This document shows, one piece after another, positions 1-12,400 of a DNA stretch of 64,000 bases. Both the position numbers and the translations under genes were made by a program. This stretch comes from an uncultured Verrucomicrobiae bacterium (GTDB taxonomy: Bacteria; Verrucomicrobiota; Verrucomicrobiia; Chthoniobacterales; Chthoniobacteraceae): positions 128,001 through 192,000 of the forward strand of contig CAWHEP010000005.1 of assembly GCA_963828525.1 (NCBI GenBank), read 5' to 3'. The notes under the pieces are model-generated. The model saw only the letters and a list, made by a program, of their open reading frames with translations, was not told where the DNA came from and searched no databases. Within the stretch, counting starts at the first letter, position 1, and the number at the start of each line of letters is the position of its first letter.

Positions 1-399
1 CATGAATGCCGGGAATGTTCTTCACACCCGCTTCTTTGAGGATGTCGAGAACGTTGATGATAAGCCCGAACGGGGCATTCGTATCCGCATTGATCGCCAG
101 CGACCGATCTGGCGTCGCTGTTCATCAGGCCTTGCACCGCCGTCTTGAGATCATCCAGAGCCACTGGCTTGCTCTCAAGGAAAAGCCTTTCCTTTTCCGA
201 AATGGTGAGCACCATCGGCTCGGATGTGTTCGGAACCGCCATCGCCGGACTTGGATTCAGGGAGCTTGATCACGACCTGCGGCTGCTCGCGCCTGAAGGT
301 GGTGGTGACGATCACGAAGATCAGCAGGATCGCCAGGATGTCGATCAGCGAGACAATGATGACCGTCGGCAGCCGCCGCTTCCGCGAATAGAATCTCAC
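1..399 (-). CDS. exbD: ExbD/TolR biopolymer transport protein (runs off window edge, frameshifted)
   Basis: N-terminus MRFYSRKRRLPTVIIVSLIDILAILLIFVIVTTTF (ExbD TM motif); C-terminal part LAINADTNAPFGLIINVLDILKEAGVKNI in another frame. Confidence 0.85.
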
Positions 400-1106
400 A
401 GAATTCCCTGGAACTCGCCGGAGGGTTCGCTCCTGGACGGCAGTCCGCTTCTGCTGCTGGTGGTAGCATTTCGCCAGGAGGTCGGCGATGAGGGACTCCA
501 TCTCGACAGCCATCGTCTCGACCTTCTTGGAGAAATAGCTGTAGGCGATGAGGCTCGGGATCGCGATGGCCAGGCCGACAATGGTCGTGCTGAGCGCCTC
601 CGAGATGCCCTTCGCAATCACCCGCGGATCTGTGCCAGCGGCGCTCTCGCCGAGGGTGGCGAAGACCGAGACAAGGCCGGAAACCGCCCCCAGCAAACCC
701 AGCAAGCGGGGCGATGCCGACAATGATCTCCAGGACGACCAGCCCGCTCTCCAGGTGATTTATCTCGTGGCGCGCGCGTGTCTGCACCGCCTCGACATTC
801 TCGGACTTCGGCCACTGCAAGATGCTGCAGTCCCACCTCCACAATCCGCGCCAGCGGCGACGAGTCGCCTCGCACGAGCCGGGCCAGCCTCACGACTGAC
901 GTCCGCCCCCGCCGACGGCTGAAACTCCTCGATCTCCTTCTCGATGATCTGGGGAATGACCATCCGCGCCGCAACGCGATGGCGCGCATGAGGATAACAG
1001 CGAGCGACACCACCGAGCAGATCGCGAGCGGTATCATGAAGAAGCCGCCCTGGAGGAAGAAGTGCAGCACCGACTGCGCGGATGCCTTGGTAACGGGAAT
1101 GGTCAT
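396..1106 (-). CDS. exbB: MotA/TolQ/ExbB proton channel protein (frameshifted)
   Basis: GGFFMIPLAICS N-terminus; LLGLLGAVSGLV...GISEALSTTIVGLAIAIPSL motifs spread over several frames. Confidence 0.85.
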
Positions 1107-1130
1107 GAGTAAAAGGGCGCGCCGGCGGCA

Positions 1131-2318
1131 TTATTCTGGGTAGATGGTAAACGTGTAGTCCACCTCAAGTCGTCCATTCTCCAGTTTTGGAGCGAGGTCT
1201 CCGGGCAAGTGCGGGCAGATCGGCTTCAATGATGGATTGGACTGAGAAGTCGCCAAAGGCGGAATTCGCGGAATTGGCCAGAATCTTCACGTCCTCCACA
1301 TGTCCTTTTTCATTGATGTAGAATTTAATATGAACGCTGCCGACGCTAATCAAACTCATTTGTTGCCCGATGTAGTAGTACCAGCGTGAGCCAATGGCGT
1401 CGGCAATCCGCTTCCGGTACCGGCCCAGCGGAGTGCTGGCCGCGTCCAGTCCGGGCTTCGCGCCTCGATTGGAGATGGAGCCCTCGACTCGCGTTTCCTC
1501 GGTGTTCGATTGATAGACGGGCCTCCTCGGACGCCGTGGCGCCGGGGTCGCCATCATTGCCAAAGTCTGCTCGGGCGTCTCTTGCTGGACAGTTCGCAGC
1601 GGAGTGGGTCGCGGGATTTCATCCAAAGGCGTTTCCGACGCGCTGGCCGATGGCTCGGGAGACGCTGGCGGGCGGAAGGCGAGGGCGCCTGGAGATGGCT
1701 CAGCCGTAGACAGCGGAATCGGACGAGGGGTTGGCCGCGCTCGCGACTACGGGCCGGGGGGTCTGTTCTGGCGTGGACGCGGCGGTGGGCGTAGGGGCCG
1801 GAGTGACGGTTTGCGCCGGCTTCGCTGTGGGCTTTTTTGCAGGACTTTTTCTGAATTTTTTGCTCGGGCGCGGGAGCCATCTCAAGCTGCGGAGGCTCAT
1901 TCAGCGGGCCCAACGAAAAGTTTTTTGTTTCAAATTCCGGCGCCGCGCGTTCTTTTCCTTCCTGACTCGGGGCCGGCGCCCGCCCTGTGGGAGCGAGCTT
2001 GCTGGCCGCCGCGGAATTAACATCGGACTCAAACAGCGGATGAGCGGGAGCCTTGTCCGCCGTTGCCAGCCCGGAGGAGTCGATGGCTATCGGTTTCGGC
2101 GTGGGAGTGGCGAACAGCGGGGCAAGGCGCGGGGTCGGAGACGGCGTCGGGGCCATGATGGTCACGACGATCTGTCGCGAGGGTTGCGTCAACGCGGACA
2201 TCGGGCGGGCAATTCCATGGGACGACCCCCAGATCATCAAAAGAACAAGCGCGATCGCGTGCAGGAGGACGGAAGCCACCAGTGCCGCTGTGACTTTCTT
2301 GCGCTCTGAGACCTTCAT
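1131..2318 (-). CDS. TonB/TolA-like energy transducer (frameshifted)
   Basis: N-terminal TM anchor, Pro-rich linker, TonB-C-like domain (VHIKFYINEKGHVEDVKIL); upstream of exbBD. Confidence 0.75.
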
Positions 2319-3034
2319 TAACCGTTCTCTGCGCGGATGGGACGCACGATCCCGGCAAGCATCTCGCCCATCGCCTCGTACACTGACACGCGGGCGCACC
2401 ACGCGATATCCTCTGCTCGACCATGCGCCTTCAGCACATGTCCGTTTCTCGATGCGGTTAGCGCGGCGAGGCCGTCTCCCCTGTAACGCTTAAACACAGA
2501 GGTGGCGATCCCAGCCGCGTCGGTGAGGTCCGCGCCACGCAGCGCCTCGCACAGCATGCCCGCCGCGAATACATCTTCAAGTGCCGAGTCCCGAAATGTG
2601 CCAGCGCACACGAGCAGCAGTAAAGCTTCGGAGGAAAGGGCGGCCGCCAGCGCTTTCATGTTGAGTAACGCGCCGGCGAAGACCCGCGCTGCCCCTTCAC
2701 AGGCTCGGAGGGCGATGGTGCCATTCGTCGTGGTCGTGATGATGCGGCGAGGCATATCTCCCGCATACTCGGCGGGAGAGTTTCCCAAGTCGAATCCTTC
2801 GATCTTATCACCGTGCCGCTCGCCACCAAGCAGCGCGCCCGGAAACTTCGAACGCAACGAAAAAGCTTCCTCGATACTCCGCGCCGGGTAAACCTCCTGC
2901 GCGCCGTGCTCAAGCGCCGTCACGATGGAGGAGGTGGCGCGCAAGATATCGAAGACGACGCACACCGTGTCGCGCAAATCTTTTTGGGGGAGCAGGTCGA
3001 TCTCGGCGGGTGAGAGGATCACATCGATTTTCAT
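2318..3034 (-). CDS. comB: 2-phosphosulfolactate phosphatase family protein
   Basis: VVFDILRATSSI, GGER, FDLGNSP, TTTNGT and ED motifs. Confidence 0.9.
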   Translation of the reverse strand: MKIDVILSPAEIDLLPQKDLRDTVCVVFDILRATSSIVTALEHGAQEVYPARSIEEAFSLRSKFPGALLGGERHGDKIEGFDLGNSPAEYAGDMPRRIITTTTNGTIALRACEGAARVFAGALLNMKALAAALSSEALLLLVCAGTFRDSALEDVFAAGMLCEALRGADLTDAAGIATSVFKRYRGDGLAALTASRNGHVLKAHGRAEDIAWCARVSVYEAMGEMLAGIVRPIRAENG

Positions 3035-3912
3035 CGCCGCCCAGCCCTGCCGGGTTTCGTCCGCTGCCGCGGAAGCGTCTTTCGGGCGTGATGAAAAAGG
3101 TATTGTTGGGCGTAGCCGCCAAATTCCCCGAAGTAGGTTTGGGTGAACTCCTTCATCCTCGCGGCGGTCACGTTTCGTTTCCGCTTGAAGTAAGTATCCC
3201 GCAGGACACGTTCGATCCACACGTCGATCGGGAATGCCCGCAGCCGCTCGAACGCGAATAGCAGCACGCAGTTCGCGATCTTGGGACCGACTCCGGGCAG
3301 TTCACACAATCTGCGGAGCGCTTCGGCGTCGTCCACATCCCGCAGAGCTTCAAGGTCGATGCCGCCGTTCGCGACTACGCGCGCGGTTCCCAGTAGATGC
3401 TTCGCCCGGTAGCCGAGCCTGCAATTTCGCAACTGCTCCTCGGTTACAGCCGCGAGGCGGGTTGCCGATGGGTACGCTGGCATCTCGCCATCGTACCGTC
3501 CCGTGCCATATGCGTCGCGAATCTTCCGGGATATCTGCCGGATGTGCGGAACCTGTTTCAGTGAGGAAGTAATAAAAGTGGCGATGCATTCCCATGCGGG
3601 CTGTCGGATGATGCGGAGTCCGCGGCAATACTCAAGCGCCTTGCCCATCGCCGGGTCACTCGGAAAACTGCGATAAATCTCAGGAAGTGGGTGATCGAGC
3701 GCAAAATAGTGGCGCGCTACACCTTCCAGCCCAGCGGTAACGAAGAGTTTCTCGCCATCCTGCTCGACGTATAATCGCGCCTGTCCCACGGTGCCGGAGT
3801 AGCCTTTCCCGACCGGCTGCCAGTGGAACACCTGGCCTGAATCGAGCGTCAATCCCAGGTTGAAATCAGGCGCGCTGATCGCCGACAACGCTCCGCGTCC
3901 CCCGGCGCTCAT
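3031..3912 (-). CDS. 8-oxoguanine DNA glycosylase (Ogg1-type HhH-GPD)
   Basis: TLDSGQVFHW N-terminal domain; LPGVGPKIANCVLLF HhH; FPIDVW. Confidence 0.9.
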   Translation of the reverse strand: MSAGGRGALSAISAPDFNLGLTLDSGQVFHWQPVGKGYSGTVGQARLYVEQDGEKLFVTAGLEGVARHYFALDHPLPEIYRSFPSDPAMGKALEYCRGLRIIRQPAWECIATFITSSLKQVPHIRQISRKIRDAYGTGRYDGEMPAYPSATRLAAVTEEQLRNCRLGYRAKHLLGTARVVANGGIDLEALRDVDDAEALRRLCELPGVGPKIANCVLLFAFERLRAFPIDVWIERVLRDTYFKRKRNVTAARMKEFTQTYFGEFGGYAQQYLFHHARKTLPRQRTKPGRAGRR

Positions 3913-4526
3913 CGAATGAAATAGCTGAGGTATTCGAGTTCGATCGCGAGATCGACATTGTTCACCACGACCCCTTCCGCGACTTGTAGGATCACCGGCG
4001 AAAAGTTGAGCATCGCCTGAATGCCGGCCTCGACAAGCTGATTGGTCACCTCCTGCGCCGCCGTCGCTGGCACCGCAACAATGGCCATTTTGATCTCCTT
4101 CTCACGGACGAAAGCGTTCAGCTTGTCCATTCCAAGGCAGCGAATCTTCAGGTCTGGGAATGGATCTTTCGGCTCGGCATCAAACGCGGCGGTAATCTCG
4201 AAACCCTCCTTGGCAAAACCCTGATACTTCAGCAGAGCGGAACCGAGATGTCCCAGGCCGACGAGAATTACTGGCTGCAGACGCGAATTTCCGAGCACTT
4301 CCGTCACTCGCGCGCTGAGGGCTTCCACGTCATACCCCAGCCCCCGCGTCCCAAACTGTCCAAAGTACGTGAGATCCTTTCGCAGTTGAGTCGGCTTTAC
4401 TCCGGCCGCTTTCGCCAGCGCCGCGGAAGATACTGTCGCAACCCGGCTATCCCGCAATCGTTGCAAACTGCGATGGTATAGCGACATGCGATACACCGCT
4501 TTTCGGGGGACAACCAGCTTCGACAT
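3909..4526 (-). CDS. rex: Redox-sensing transcriptional repressor Rex
   Basis: RKDLTYFGQFGTRGLGY wHTH motif; GLGHLG NAD-binding motif; LNFSP. Confidence 0.93.
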   Translation of the reverse strand: MSKLVVPRKAVYRMSLYHRSLQRLRDSRVATVSSAALAKAAGVKPTQLRKDLTYFGQFGTRGLGYDVEALSARVTEVLGNSRLQPVILVGLGHLGSALLKYQGFAKEGFEITAAFDAEPKDPFPDLKIRCLGMDKLNAFVREKEIKMAIVAVPATAAQEVTNQLVEAGIQAMLNFSPVILQVAEGVVVNNVDLAIELEYLSYFIR

Positions 4527-4594
4527 CTTGTGAAAAATAACTTGTTGGGCACTTAGGGTCAAACCGTGATAAATTCATTGCCGCGTTTAAGCCA

Positions 4595-5374
4595 ATGAGG
4601 AAACCCACGATTTCAGAGGATGAACCTCTCGCAAGCCAGGCCATTCGGATAAACCGATTCCTCGCCGCGGCGGGACTGGGATCACGGCGCGGCTGCGAAG
4701 AGCTGATCAGATCTGGGCAGGTTACGATCAATGGCAATCTCTGCTCAGACCTTGCAACGAAGGTCGCTCCCGGTGATTACGTGAAGGCGAACGGACGTCT
4801 TATCAAAACCGAGAAGGCCATGAGCGTGTTGTTCTATAAACCCAGGGGACTTATCTGCACGCGAACGGATGAGCACGACCGGGGAACGATTTTCGACGTG
4901 TTGCCGAGGCAGTGGCCCCGGTTGTCGCACGTCGGCAGGCTGGATAAGGAAAGCGAAGGATTACTGATCCTGACCAATGATGGCGCCCTGTCGCTGCGTC
5001 TAACCCATCCGCGCTATAAAGTTGAAAAGGAGTACGAAGTGCTCCTTGACAAGGCCTTCGATAACGCGCTTCTGCCGAAACTGTTGAAAGGCATGTCTAC
5101 CGAAAGCGGGTGGGCCAAAGCCGAGAAAGCGCATGTGGTATCGCCCAAGCGTCTCAAACTTACCCTGCGGCAGGGCTTGAAGCGTCAGATTCGCCTCATG
5201 TTCTACGCGCTTGGCTACGAGGTGGAAGGCCTGCGCCGCATCCGCATTGGCACGCTGCGACTTGAGGGCCTAAAGCCGGGAGAGTGGCGCTTCCTGAGCG
5301 ACAAGGAACTCGACACCTTGAAAAAGGTGGGCGAACCGCCTGCCCGCCGCGCCCCCGCCGCTGCTACTGTGTGA
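4595..5374 (+). CDS. rRNA pseudouridine synthase (RsuA/RluB family)
   Basis: S4 domain; VGRLDKESEGLLILTNDG; KRQIR motif. Confidence 0.92.
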   Translation: MRKPTISEDEPLASQAIRINRFLAAAGLGSRRGCEELIRSGQVTINGNLCSDLATKVAPGDYVKANGRLIKTEKAMSVLFYKPRGLICTRTDEHDRGTIFDVLPRQWPRLSHVGRLDKESEGLLILTNDGALSLRLTHPRYKVEKEYEVLLDKAFDNALLPKLLKGMSTESGWAKAEKAHVVSPKRLKLTLRQGLKRQIRLMFYALGYEVEGLRRIRIGTLRLEGLKPGEWRFLSDKELDTLKKVGEPPARRAPAAATV

Positions 5375-5735
5375 ACTCGAACTCTTTGAGGACGGTATCA
5401 CCCGAACCGAGGGTGTAGCTCAGCCGCTTTTCGCGCGTTCGGTCTTTGTCGTCATACGCAAGGCGCAGCGTCCACCAGCCCCACCGACTCTTCGCGCGAC
5501 AGACATCGCCCGATACCCCGTGCTGGCTCTGATCTATATTCGGACACTCGCCAGCCACCGCCGCTTTCGGATCGCCGACCTTCACCTTATCCCAAGCTAT
5601 TGGGTAAGGAAAAATGGAACGAGCGCGCGACACATCACTCATTTCGTAGGTCACCGCTATCAAACCACAGAGCAGCACAAGGAGAACGGATAAGCAGACG
5701 CCGATTACAATTTCGATCTTACGAGTGATGGACAT
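5364..5735 (-). CDS. Hypothetical membrane-anchored protein
   Basis: ORF with an N-terminal hydrophobic helix; start uncertain. Confidence 0.55.
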   Translation of the reverse strand: MSITRKIEIVIGVCLSVLLVLLCGLIAVTYEMSDVSRARSIFPYPIAWDKVKVGDPKAAVAGECPNIDQSQHGVSGDVCRAKSRWGWWTLRLAYDDKDRTREKRLSYTLGSGDTVLKEFEFTQ

Positions 5736-5991
5736 TTTTGGGGGGGCAGCACGACTTGGGCAATTAATTTGCATCGCCGAACCGTTCTTTACCAGCCCAA
5801 ACGACACCGCAAAAACGCTTGCCGAATCGGCTCAGATTAAATCACTTCGAAGCGGCGGATGAGAAGGGAGGGCTCAAGAATCGCTGCCTCATATTCGATG
5901 ACACCGAAGCCTCCAAGGGCGCATGCACTGGTACTATCAACAGGCTGTCATTTGACCGCTCTGCTCTGGTAATATTCCTCACATTCCCCTC

Positions 5992-6789
5992 ATGCGCCTC
6001 GTCCAACCATCCATTTTTCTTCCGCGAAAGCCGCCTGCGAAGGCTCCCTTCCCAGGGAGGAACATTGCACGGTCTGTTCTCGTTCTCCTGGCCTTCTGCG
6101 CCGTCGCTGCCACGGTGACAAACGGGGCCGAGCCGATGACCCTGACCGCCACGCGCGATCTCAACGGGGCGCGGCCAGCTGAGACCATCGCCGTGCCGCC
6201 CGTTCCCGCCACGCCGCCGGCTGGCAGCGTGTCGCTCTGGAACGGTCGTGACCTGTCTGGTTGGGTCGTTTTCCTGAAAAACAACGCATCACCGCCGCCG
6301 GAATTTTTCAAGGCAAGCGACGACGGCGTGCTCCGCTTCGCCGCGAAGAGCACGGGCTATGCGCGCACCCGACAGTCGTTCACGAACTACCACCTCCACG
6401 TGGAATACCGCTGGCCGGACAAGATTGCCAACAGTGGTATCTTCGTCCATGTCCGCGCTCCGGACGCGCTCTGGCCGTATAGCGCGCAGAGCAACCTGAG
6501 GCTCGACATGAGCGGAGATCTTATTCCGCAGGGCGGCTTTACGTTCAACGGCAGCACGGAAACTGTAAAAAAATCCGGCGCGTTCAACGAAAAACCGGCG
6601 GGCGAATGGAACGGCTGCGACATTTTCTGCCGCGAGGATTCCATCGAGGTGTTCGTCAACGGCGAGCGCAAGAATTTTGTTGAGAAAATCTCCGCAAACT
6701 CCGGCGGCATCGCGTTGCAGCTCGAAGGCGCGCCGATTGAATTCCGCAATCTCTGGCTGCAAGAGCTTGCCCCTCCGAAGAAAAAATGA
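5992..6789 (+). CDS. DUF1080 / 3-keto-disaccharide hydrolase-like secreted protein
   Basis: SLWNGRDLSGW, NSGIFVH, EKPAGEWN, IALQLEGAPIEFRNL motifs. Confidence 0.88.
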   Translation: MRLVQPSIFLPRKPPAKAPFPGRNIARSVLVLLAFCAVAATVTNGAEPMTLTATRDLNGARPAETIAVPPVPATPPAGSVSLWNGRDLSGWVVFLKNNASPPPEFFKASDDGVLRFAAKSTGYARTRQSFTNYHLHVEYRWPDKIANSGIFVHVRAPDALWPYSAQSNLRLDMSGDLIPQGGFTFNGSTETVKKSGAFNEKPAGEWNGCDIFCREDSIEVFVNGERKNFVEKISANSGGIALQLEGAPIEFRNLWLQELAPPKKK

Positions 6790-6992
6790 AACCGCATTAT
6801 TTCCCTTTGCCCGCGGAAACCAACACGCTCGCCGGAGGTTTCCTGACGTTGCCCAGCCACAAGGAAACCGGCACGAGCTTCTTCCTTGAACGGCGCGAAA
6901 CGGGGTGAAATGACCTCGGCGCGCTGCCTGCGAGTGGTTTTTAAATCTATTAACTCTCTCGCTCCTGCGCGAGCCCACGGAAAATTTATCCG

Positions 6993-9406
6993 ATGAAATT
7001 CAGCCACCACAAAACCATTCAACTCCTCACTGCCGCGTTGATGTTCGCTGCGCTCGCGCCCATCGCCGCCGCGGACAAACCGGAGGGCGGCTTTGCCATT
7101 TTCGCGAACGACGGTGCCTGGTGCTGGTTCAGCGATCCTCGCGCCATCTACCGGAACGGCAAAATTTACGCCGGCTGGATCACGAGCGACGGCTCTGTGC
7201 AGATCGGCGCGATGGCTCCCGCCACAGGTGCCGTCCAAACCGTGACCCTCGCCGCGAAGTTCGAAAAGGACGACCATGACAGCCCGTCGTTGCTCTTTCT
7301 GCCCGACGGGCGGCTCGCGGTCTTCTATTCAAAGCACACCAACGCTCGTGGCGACATGCACCTCCGCATCACCTCCAAACCGGAGGACATCGGTGAATGG
7401 GTGCCTGATCGCGAACTGGGATTTCTGAGCAACGGCAAAAAGGGCGCGACCTACTCCAACCCGGCAATGCTCAGCAACGAGGGCAATGCCATTTACCTCT
7501 TCTGGCGCGGCTCGGATTGGAAACCGACGTTCTCCGTGTCCAGGGATCTCGGCCAGACGTGGAGTCCGCCCCGCGTGGTCATAGCGCGTCCCGGCGCGGA
7601 CAACGGAAACCGGCCTTACCTGAAAGCGTGGAACGACGGCAAGGGTCGCATCGACCTGATTTTTACCGATGGCCACCCGCGCAACGAGAACACTAACAGC
7701 GTCTATTTCGCTGCGCTATGAAAAAGGGGCGTTTTTCAAGGCGGATGGCACGCGCATCGGCGGCATGGAAGACCTGCCTTTGGACCCGGCGAAGTGCGAC
7801 CGCGTCTACGACGGCTCGACCGCCGGACGGGGATGGATCTGGGACGTCGCCGAGCAGGATGGCCGGCCCGCGATCGCTTACACGCGGATGCCGACGGTGG
7901 ACGATCATCGCTACTGCTACGCGCGCTGGACCGGCAAGGAGTGGAAGGACTCGCCGGTCGCCGCCGCCGGCAAATGGTTCCCGCAGACCCCGCCAGGAAA
8001 AAAGGAGGGTGAACCTAACTATTCGGCGGGCATGGCCATCGACCACCAGTCAGTGGACACGCTTTATCTCGCGCTGCCGGCCAGCGGCATTTTCGAGATC
8101 GAGAAGTGGCGCACCCCGGACGGCGGGCAGTCGTGGCAACACGAGCCGGTCACTCATCATTCAACGACCGCCAACGTCCGCCCCTTCGCGGTTCGCGATG
8201 CTCCGCCAGGGTCGCCCAACGTCATGTGGATGAATCTGAGCGGTCGATTACATCCATTACACGAACTTCCTGACCTCCCTGCAGATCAACCGTCCCGGCG
8301 GCGCGTTGCCGCCTCCGCCGGTCGCTTCCGCGCCTGCGCCGGCGCCAGCCGCGTTGCGGCAGGCGAGCAATCCGCGGTCATCGTCAGCGGCCGAGATCCT
8401 CGCCGTCATGCGGCGCGTCGGCGACTGGCAACTTGCAAACGGGGCGCATCGGCGGACCGACGACTGGATCCAGGGCGTCGGATACACCGGCATTATGGCG
8501 CTGGCGGATGTCAGCGGTGACCCGAAATACCTCGATGCCATGCGCGCCATGGGCGAGACAAACGGCTGGAAGCTCGGGCCGACGGAATACTTCGCCGATG
8601 ACCACGCGGTGGGGCAGACATACGCCGAGCTTTACCTGCGCGAGCACGACCCCAGGATGATCGCGCCGATGCGCGCGCAGTTTGACGCCATCCTCGCCGC
8701 GCCGAAAACCGGTGACCTCGACATTAAAAGTAAAGCCGTTTTCGACAAATGGTCGTGGTGCGATTCGCTGTTCATGGCGCCGCCGGCTTGGGCGCGGCTC
8801 TGGGCGGCCACCGGCGACCGGCGTTACCTCGATTTCGCTGTCGAGCGCTGGTGGCGGACCAGCGAATACCTCTACGACAAACAGGAGCGCCTTTACTTCC
8901 GCGACAGCAGTTTTTTCAGCAAGCGCGAGGCGAACGGCCAGAAAGTCTTCTGGGCGCGAGGCAACGGTTGGGTGCTGGGCGGGCTGGCCCGCGTGCTGCA
9001 ATTCCTGCCGAAGGACCACCCTGCCCGACCTCGCTTCGAGCAGCAATTCAAGGAAATGGCCGCGAGGTTGATCACTCTACAGCAGAGCGACGGCATGTGG
9101 CGCGCAAGCCTGCTCGATCCGCAGAGTTTTCCGATGGAGGAAACCAGTGGCACGGGGCTCATCTGCTATGGCATGGCCTGGGGTGTGAACAACGGGCTCC
9201 TCGACCATGCGCAGTTCGCGCCCGCCGTGAACAAGGCGTGGCAGGCAATGGCAGAGTGCGTCAAACCCGACGGGCGGCTTACGCATGTTCAGCCCGTGGG
9301 TTCCGCCCCCAAGAAAGACTTCGATCCCGAACACACCGACGCCTTTGGGGTGGGGGCGGTTTTGCTTGCCGGTAGCGAGGTATGCCGGTTGGTAGGCCCC
9401 AAGTGA
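6993..9406 (+). CDS. BNR-4 beta-propeller + GH105/GH88 unsaturated glycuronyl hydrolase (probable fusion, two frameshifts)
   Basis: GAWCWFSDPRA, DDHDSPS, SRDLGQTW (BNR box); WSWCDSLFMAPP, FWARGNGW, ETSGT (GH105); three overlapping ORFs. Confidence 0.8.
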
Positions 9407-9486
9407 CAGCCCGGCAACTTGCGTGTGGCTTCAAGGTTCGCACCAGTTAGATTGAACCGGCGACTTTCGCTTTGACGAAATTCTAC

Positions 9487-12400
9487 ATGATCACGACTCC
9501 TTTTTTGCGCCAGTGCCTTTTCGGGGTTCTTATCCTCTCTTTCGGATTGTCGGCGCGAGCCGATAAGACGAGACCCAGTTTTCCTCCCGTGGACAGTGAA
9601 CCGCTGGGCACGGTGAGTGCCGGTGCGATCGTACTGCACGACAAGTGGCAGATGCGAGAGGAAGCGATCGTTGGCGACCACGGCGATACCTTTTCCGCGC
9701 CCACGTTCGACGCGAAGGATTGGTATCCGGCAACCGTGCCCACCACCGCCCTGGCAACTCTGGCGCGCAACGGGATCTATCCCGACCCGATCATCGGCAC
9801 AGGCATGATGAAAATCCCGGACGTGAACGCGGCCGAGAACGCGCGGTACGATCTGCTCAAGTATAGTCACCTGCCGGATCACTCGAATCCCTTTGATCGC
9901 CCATACTGGTTCCGCACTTCTTTCACGCTGCCCGCCAATTATCAAAGCCAAACGGTGTGGCTGCATCTGGACGGCATCAACTACCGTGCGGATGTCTGGC
10001 TGAACGGCCATCAGATCGCGAACGCGCAGGGCGTGGTGGGGATGTTCAAGCGGTTTCGATTCGATGTTAGCAAGTTCGCGAAGACGGGCGGCGCGACGAA
10101 TACCTTGGCCATTCGCATCCATCAACTGGACGTGCCCGGCGATCCGGTGACGGAGCAATTGGGCGGCGTCTACGGTCCCGTCGGACCCAACGGCGGCGAC
10201 CGAACGATTCTCGACAACGTGACCATGTACCAGACCGCCGGCTGGGATTGGACGCCGAGCGTGCGTGATCGGAACATGGGCATCTGGCAGCATGTCTGGC
10301 TGGAAGCGACGGGGCCGGTGGCCGTACGCGATTCCGCCGGGTTCGTGGATGTTCATTGGAAACCCGGACAGGATGCGCCGATCAAGGTGCGCGGTTATTT
10401 AGACAATCCGGGTCAGCAGTCGGTTAGCACCGATCTTACGGTTCGCATTGCGCCGGAAGGTTTCGCCGGAACCGCCGTGGAATTTAGGCAGAACGTCTCC
10501 GCCGCTCCTGGCCGGAATGAGTTCATTCTGCTGCCCACGGATCATCCCGAACTCGTCTTGCACAATCCAAAGGTGTGGTGGCCCGATACCTATGGCGACC
10601 ACCCGCTTTACAGGCTGACCGTCAGCGCATCGGTCGCCAGCAGGCCGAGCTCCTCGGCCTCTTCACTTCTCGGTGTGCGAACGGTCGGCACCCTTATCCT
10701 CGCCAGCGGCGGACGCGCCTTTACCTGCAACGGGCGCACCATCCGACTTTCCGGCGGCGCCTGGATCCCCGACACCATGCTGAGCTGGAGCGCCCAGCGC
10801 TACCGCGACGAGGTGCGCCTGATGGCCGAAGGCAACCAGACCGTTGTCCGAGTCAACGGCTGCGGCATCATGCCGCCGGATGTTTTCTTCAATGCCTGCG
10901 ACCGGAACGGGTTGCTGGTTTGGGAGGACTTCTCCCGCACGTCTCCGAACATCGTCGGCCAGGTCGACGCTAAACTCCTCATGGATAACATGATTGACTG
11001 CATCGACCGCATGAGAGGCCATCCCAGCCTGTTGCTCTGGGAGGGTGCCAACGAGGCGGTGCCTCCACAAGAATGGGCGCAGCCGATGCAGGACAAAGTG
11101 CTCCCGGCCATGGACGGGACCCGTCCCTGGCTGGTATCGAGCAGCCGGAATGCTCCTTGGGGGGTGCCCGTCATCCACACGGATTCGGGAGGACCCTATC
11201 TCCAGCAACCGCTACGGACCCTGTTCGGCTTTTATGCTCACGACGCCCATACGACCGCCAAGAACGAAATCGGGATGGCGGCGCCGATGAACATCAACTC
11301 CGTCGTCCGATCCATTCCCGATTGGGACCAGACCGACGATAAAAACTTTCCGCTCAATGTGACTTTCGGTTTTCACGATGCCGTCACCTATTATGTCCCT
11401 ACGCACAGCGCGATCGCCGAGCAGTTCGGGCCGATGCCGGACTTGATGGAATATCTTTGGATCGGAGACCTGTTCGACGGGGAGTTTTACCGGGGCGTGT
11501 ACGAAGCAGCCAACAAGGTGCGGCCGCGCAACGAGGGCACCCATCTCTGGAAGGTGAACGCCGCCTGGCCCTCCATGATTTGGCAGCTCTTCGACTGGTA
11601 TCTGCACCCCAACTCCGGCTATTACGGAATGAAGGAAGCTCTCAAGCCGATCCACGTCCAGTATAGCATTGACGACAGCGGCGTCCAGGTTGTGAGCACC
11701 GAACTGGGCGCTTTGAAGGGCGCGAAGATGAGCGCGGAGATTGTCAGCCTCCAGGGTGTCACCGAGTCGAAGGCGGACTTCACGGTCGATGTGGCGGCGG
11801 ATGCGACCACGGTTGCCGGCAGTCTGGCCAAGCCATTCGCGGACGGCCACGCCCATTTCCTCGCGCTAACGTTGACCACGGCGGATGGGAAGGTGCTCGA
11901 CCATGACGTCCGCTGGGTGGCGGACGACGATGTCAGTTGGGAATTACAGGCGCTGGCTCCCGCGACGGTGGTGAGCACGGTGAAGAGCGCGCAGGTCGAT
12001 GGGGCCGAAACCGTGGACACCATCGGGATCGAAAATACCTCGAACGTGCCGGCGTGTGATGTCAGGTCCGAAATTTTGTCTGGCCCGCAGGGCGGCGAAG
12101 TGCTGCCCAGCTTCTGGACCGATAACGCGTTGAATTTCATGCCGCACGAGAAGCGCGAGGTGACCGTGCGCTACCGCACCGCGCTGCTGGCCGGAGCGGA
12201 ACCGCATCTCATAGTCGAAGGCTTCAATGTGATGCCGCGCGAAATCAACATCGCCGATGGCAAGGTGGTTCCGCTGTCGATCAAGCTGGTCGGCTGCGAG
12301 TCCGCACCCGCCCGCAATGGCAAGCCCACGGTGAAGCTGACTTATGTCAACGCCGGCACCTCGGGGCCGCGTTACACCTCGTGGCCGATTCCCCTCGCGG

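Noticed and set aside
4527..4582. Rex operator upstream of rex (ttgtgaaa..., gtgataaattcat)
   Set aside because: Only half-sites; spacing does not fit TTGTGAA-N4-TTCACAA
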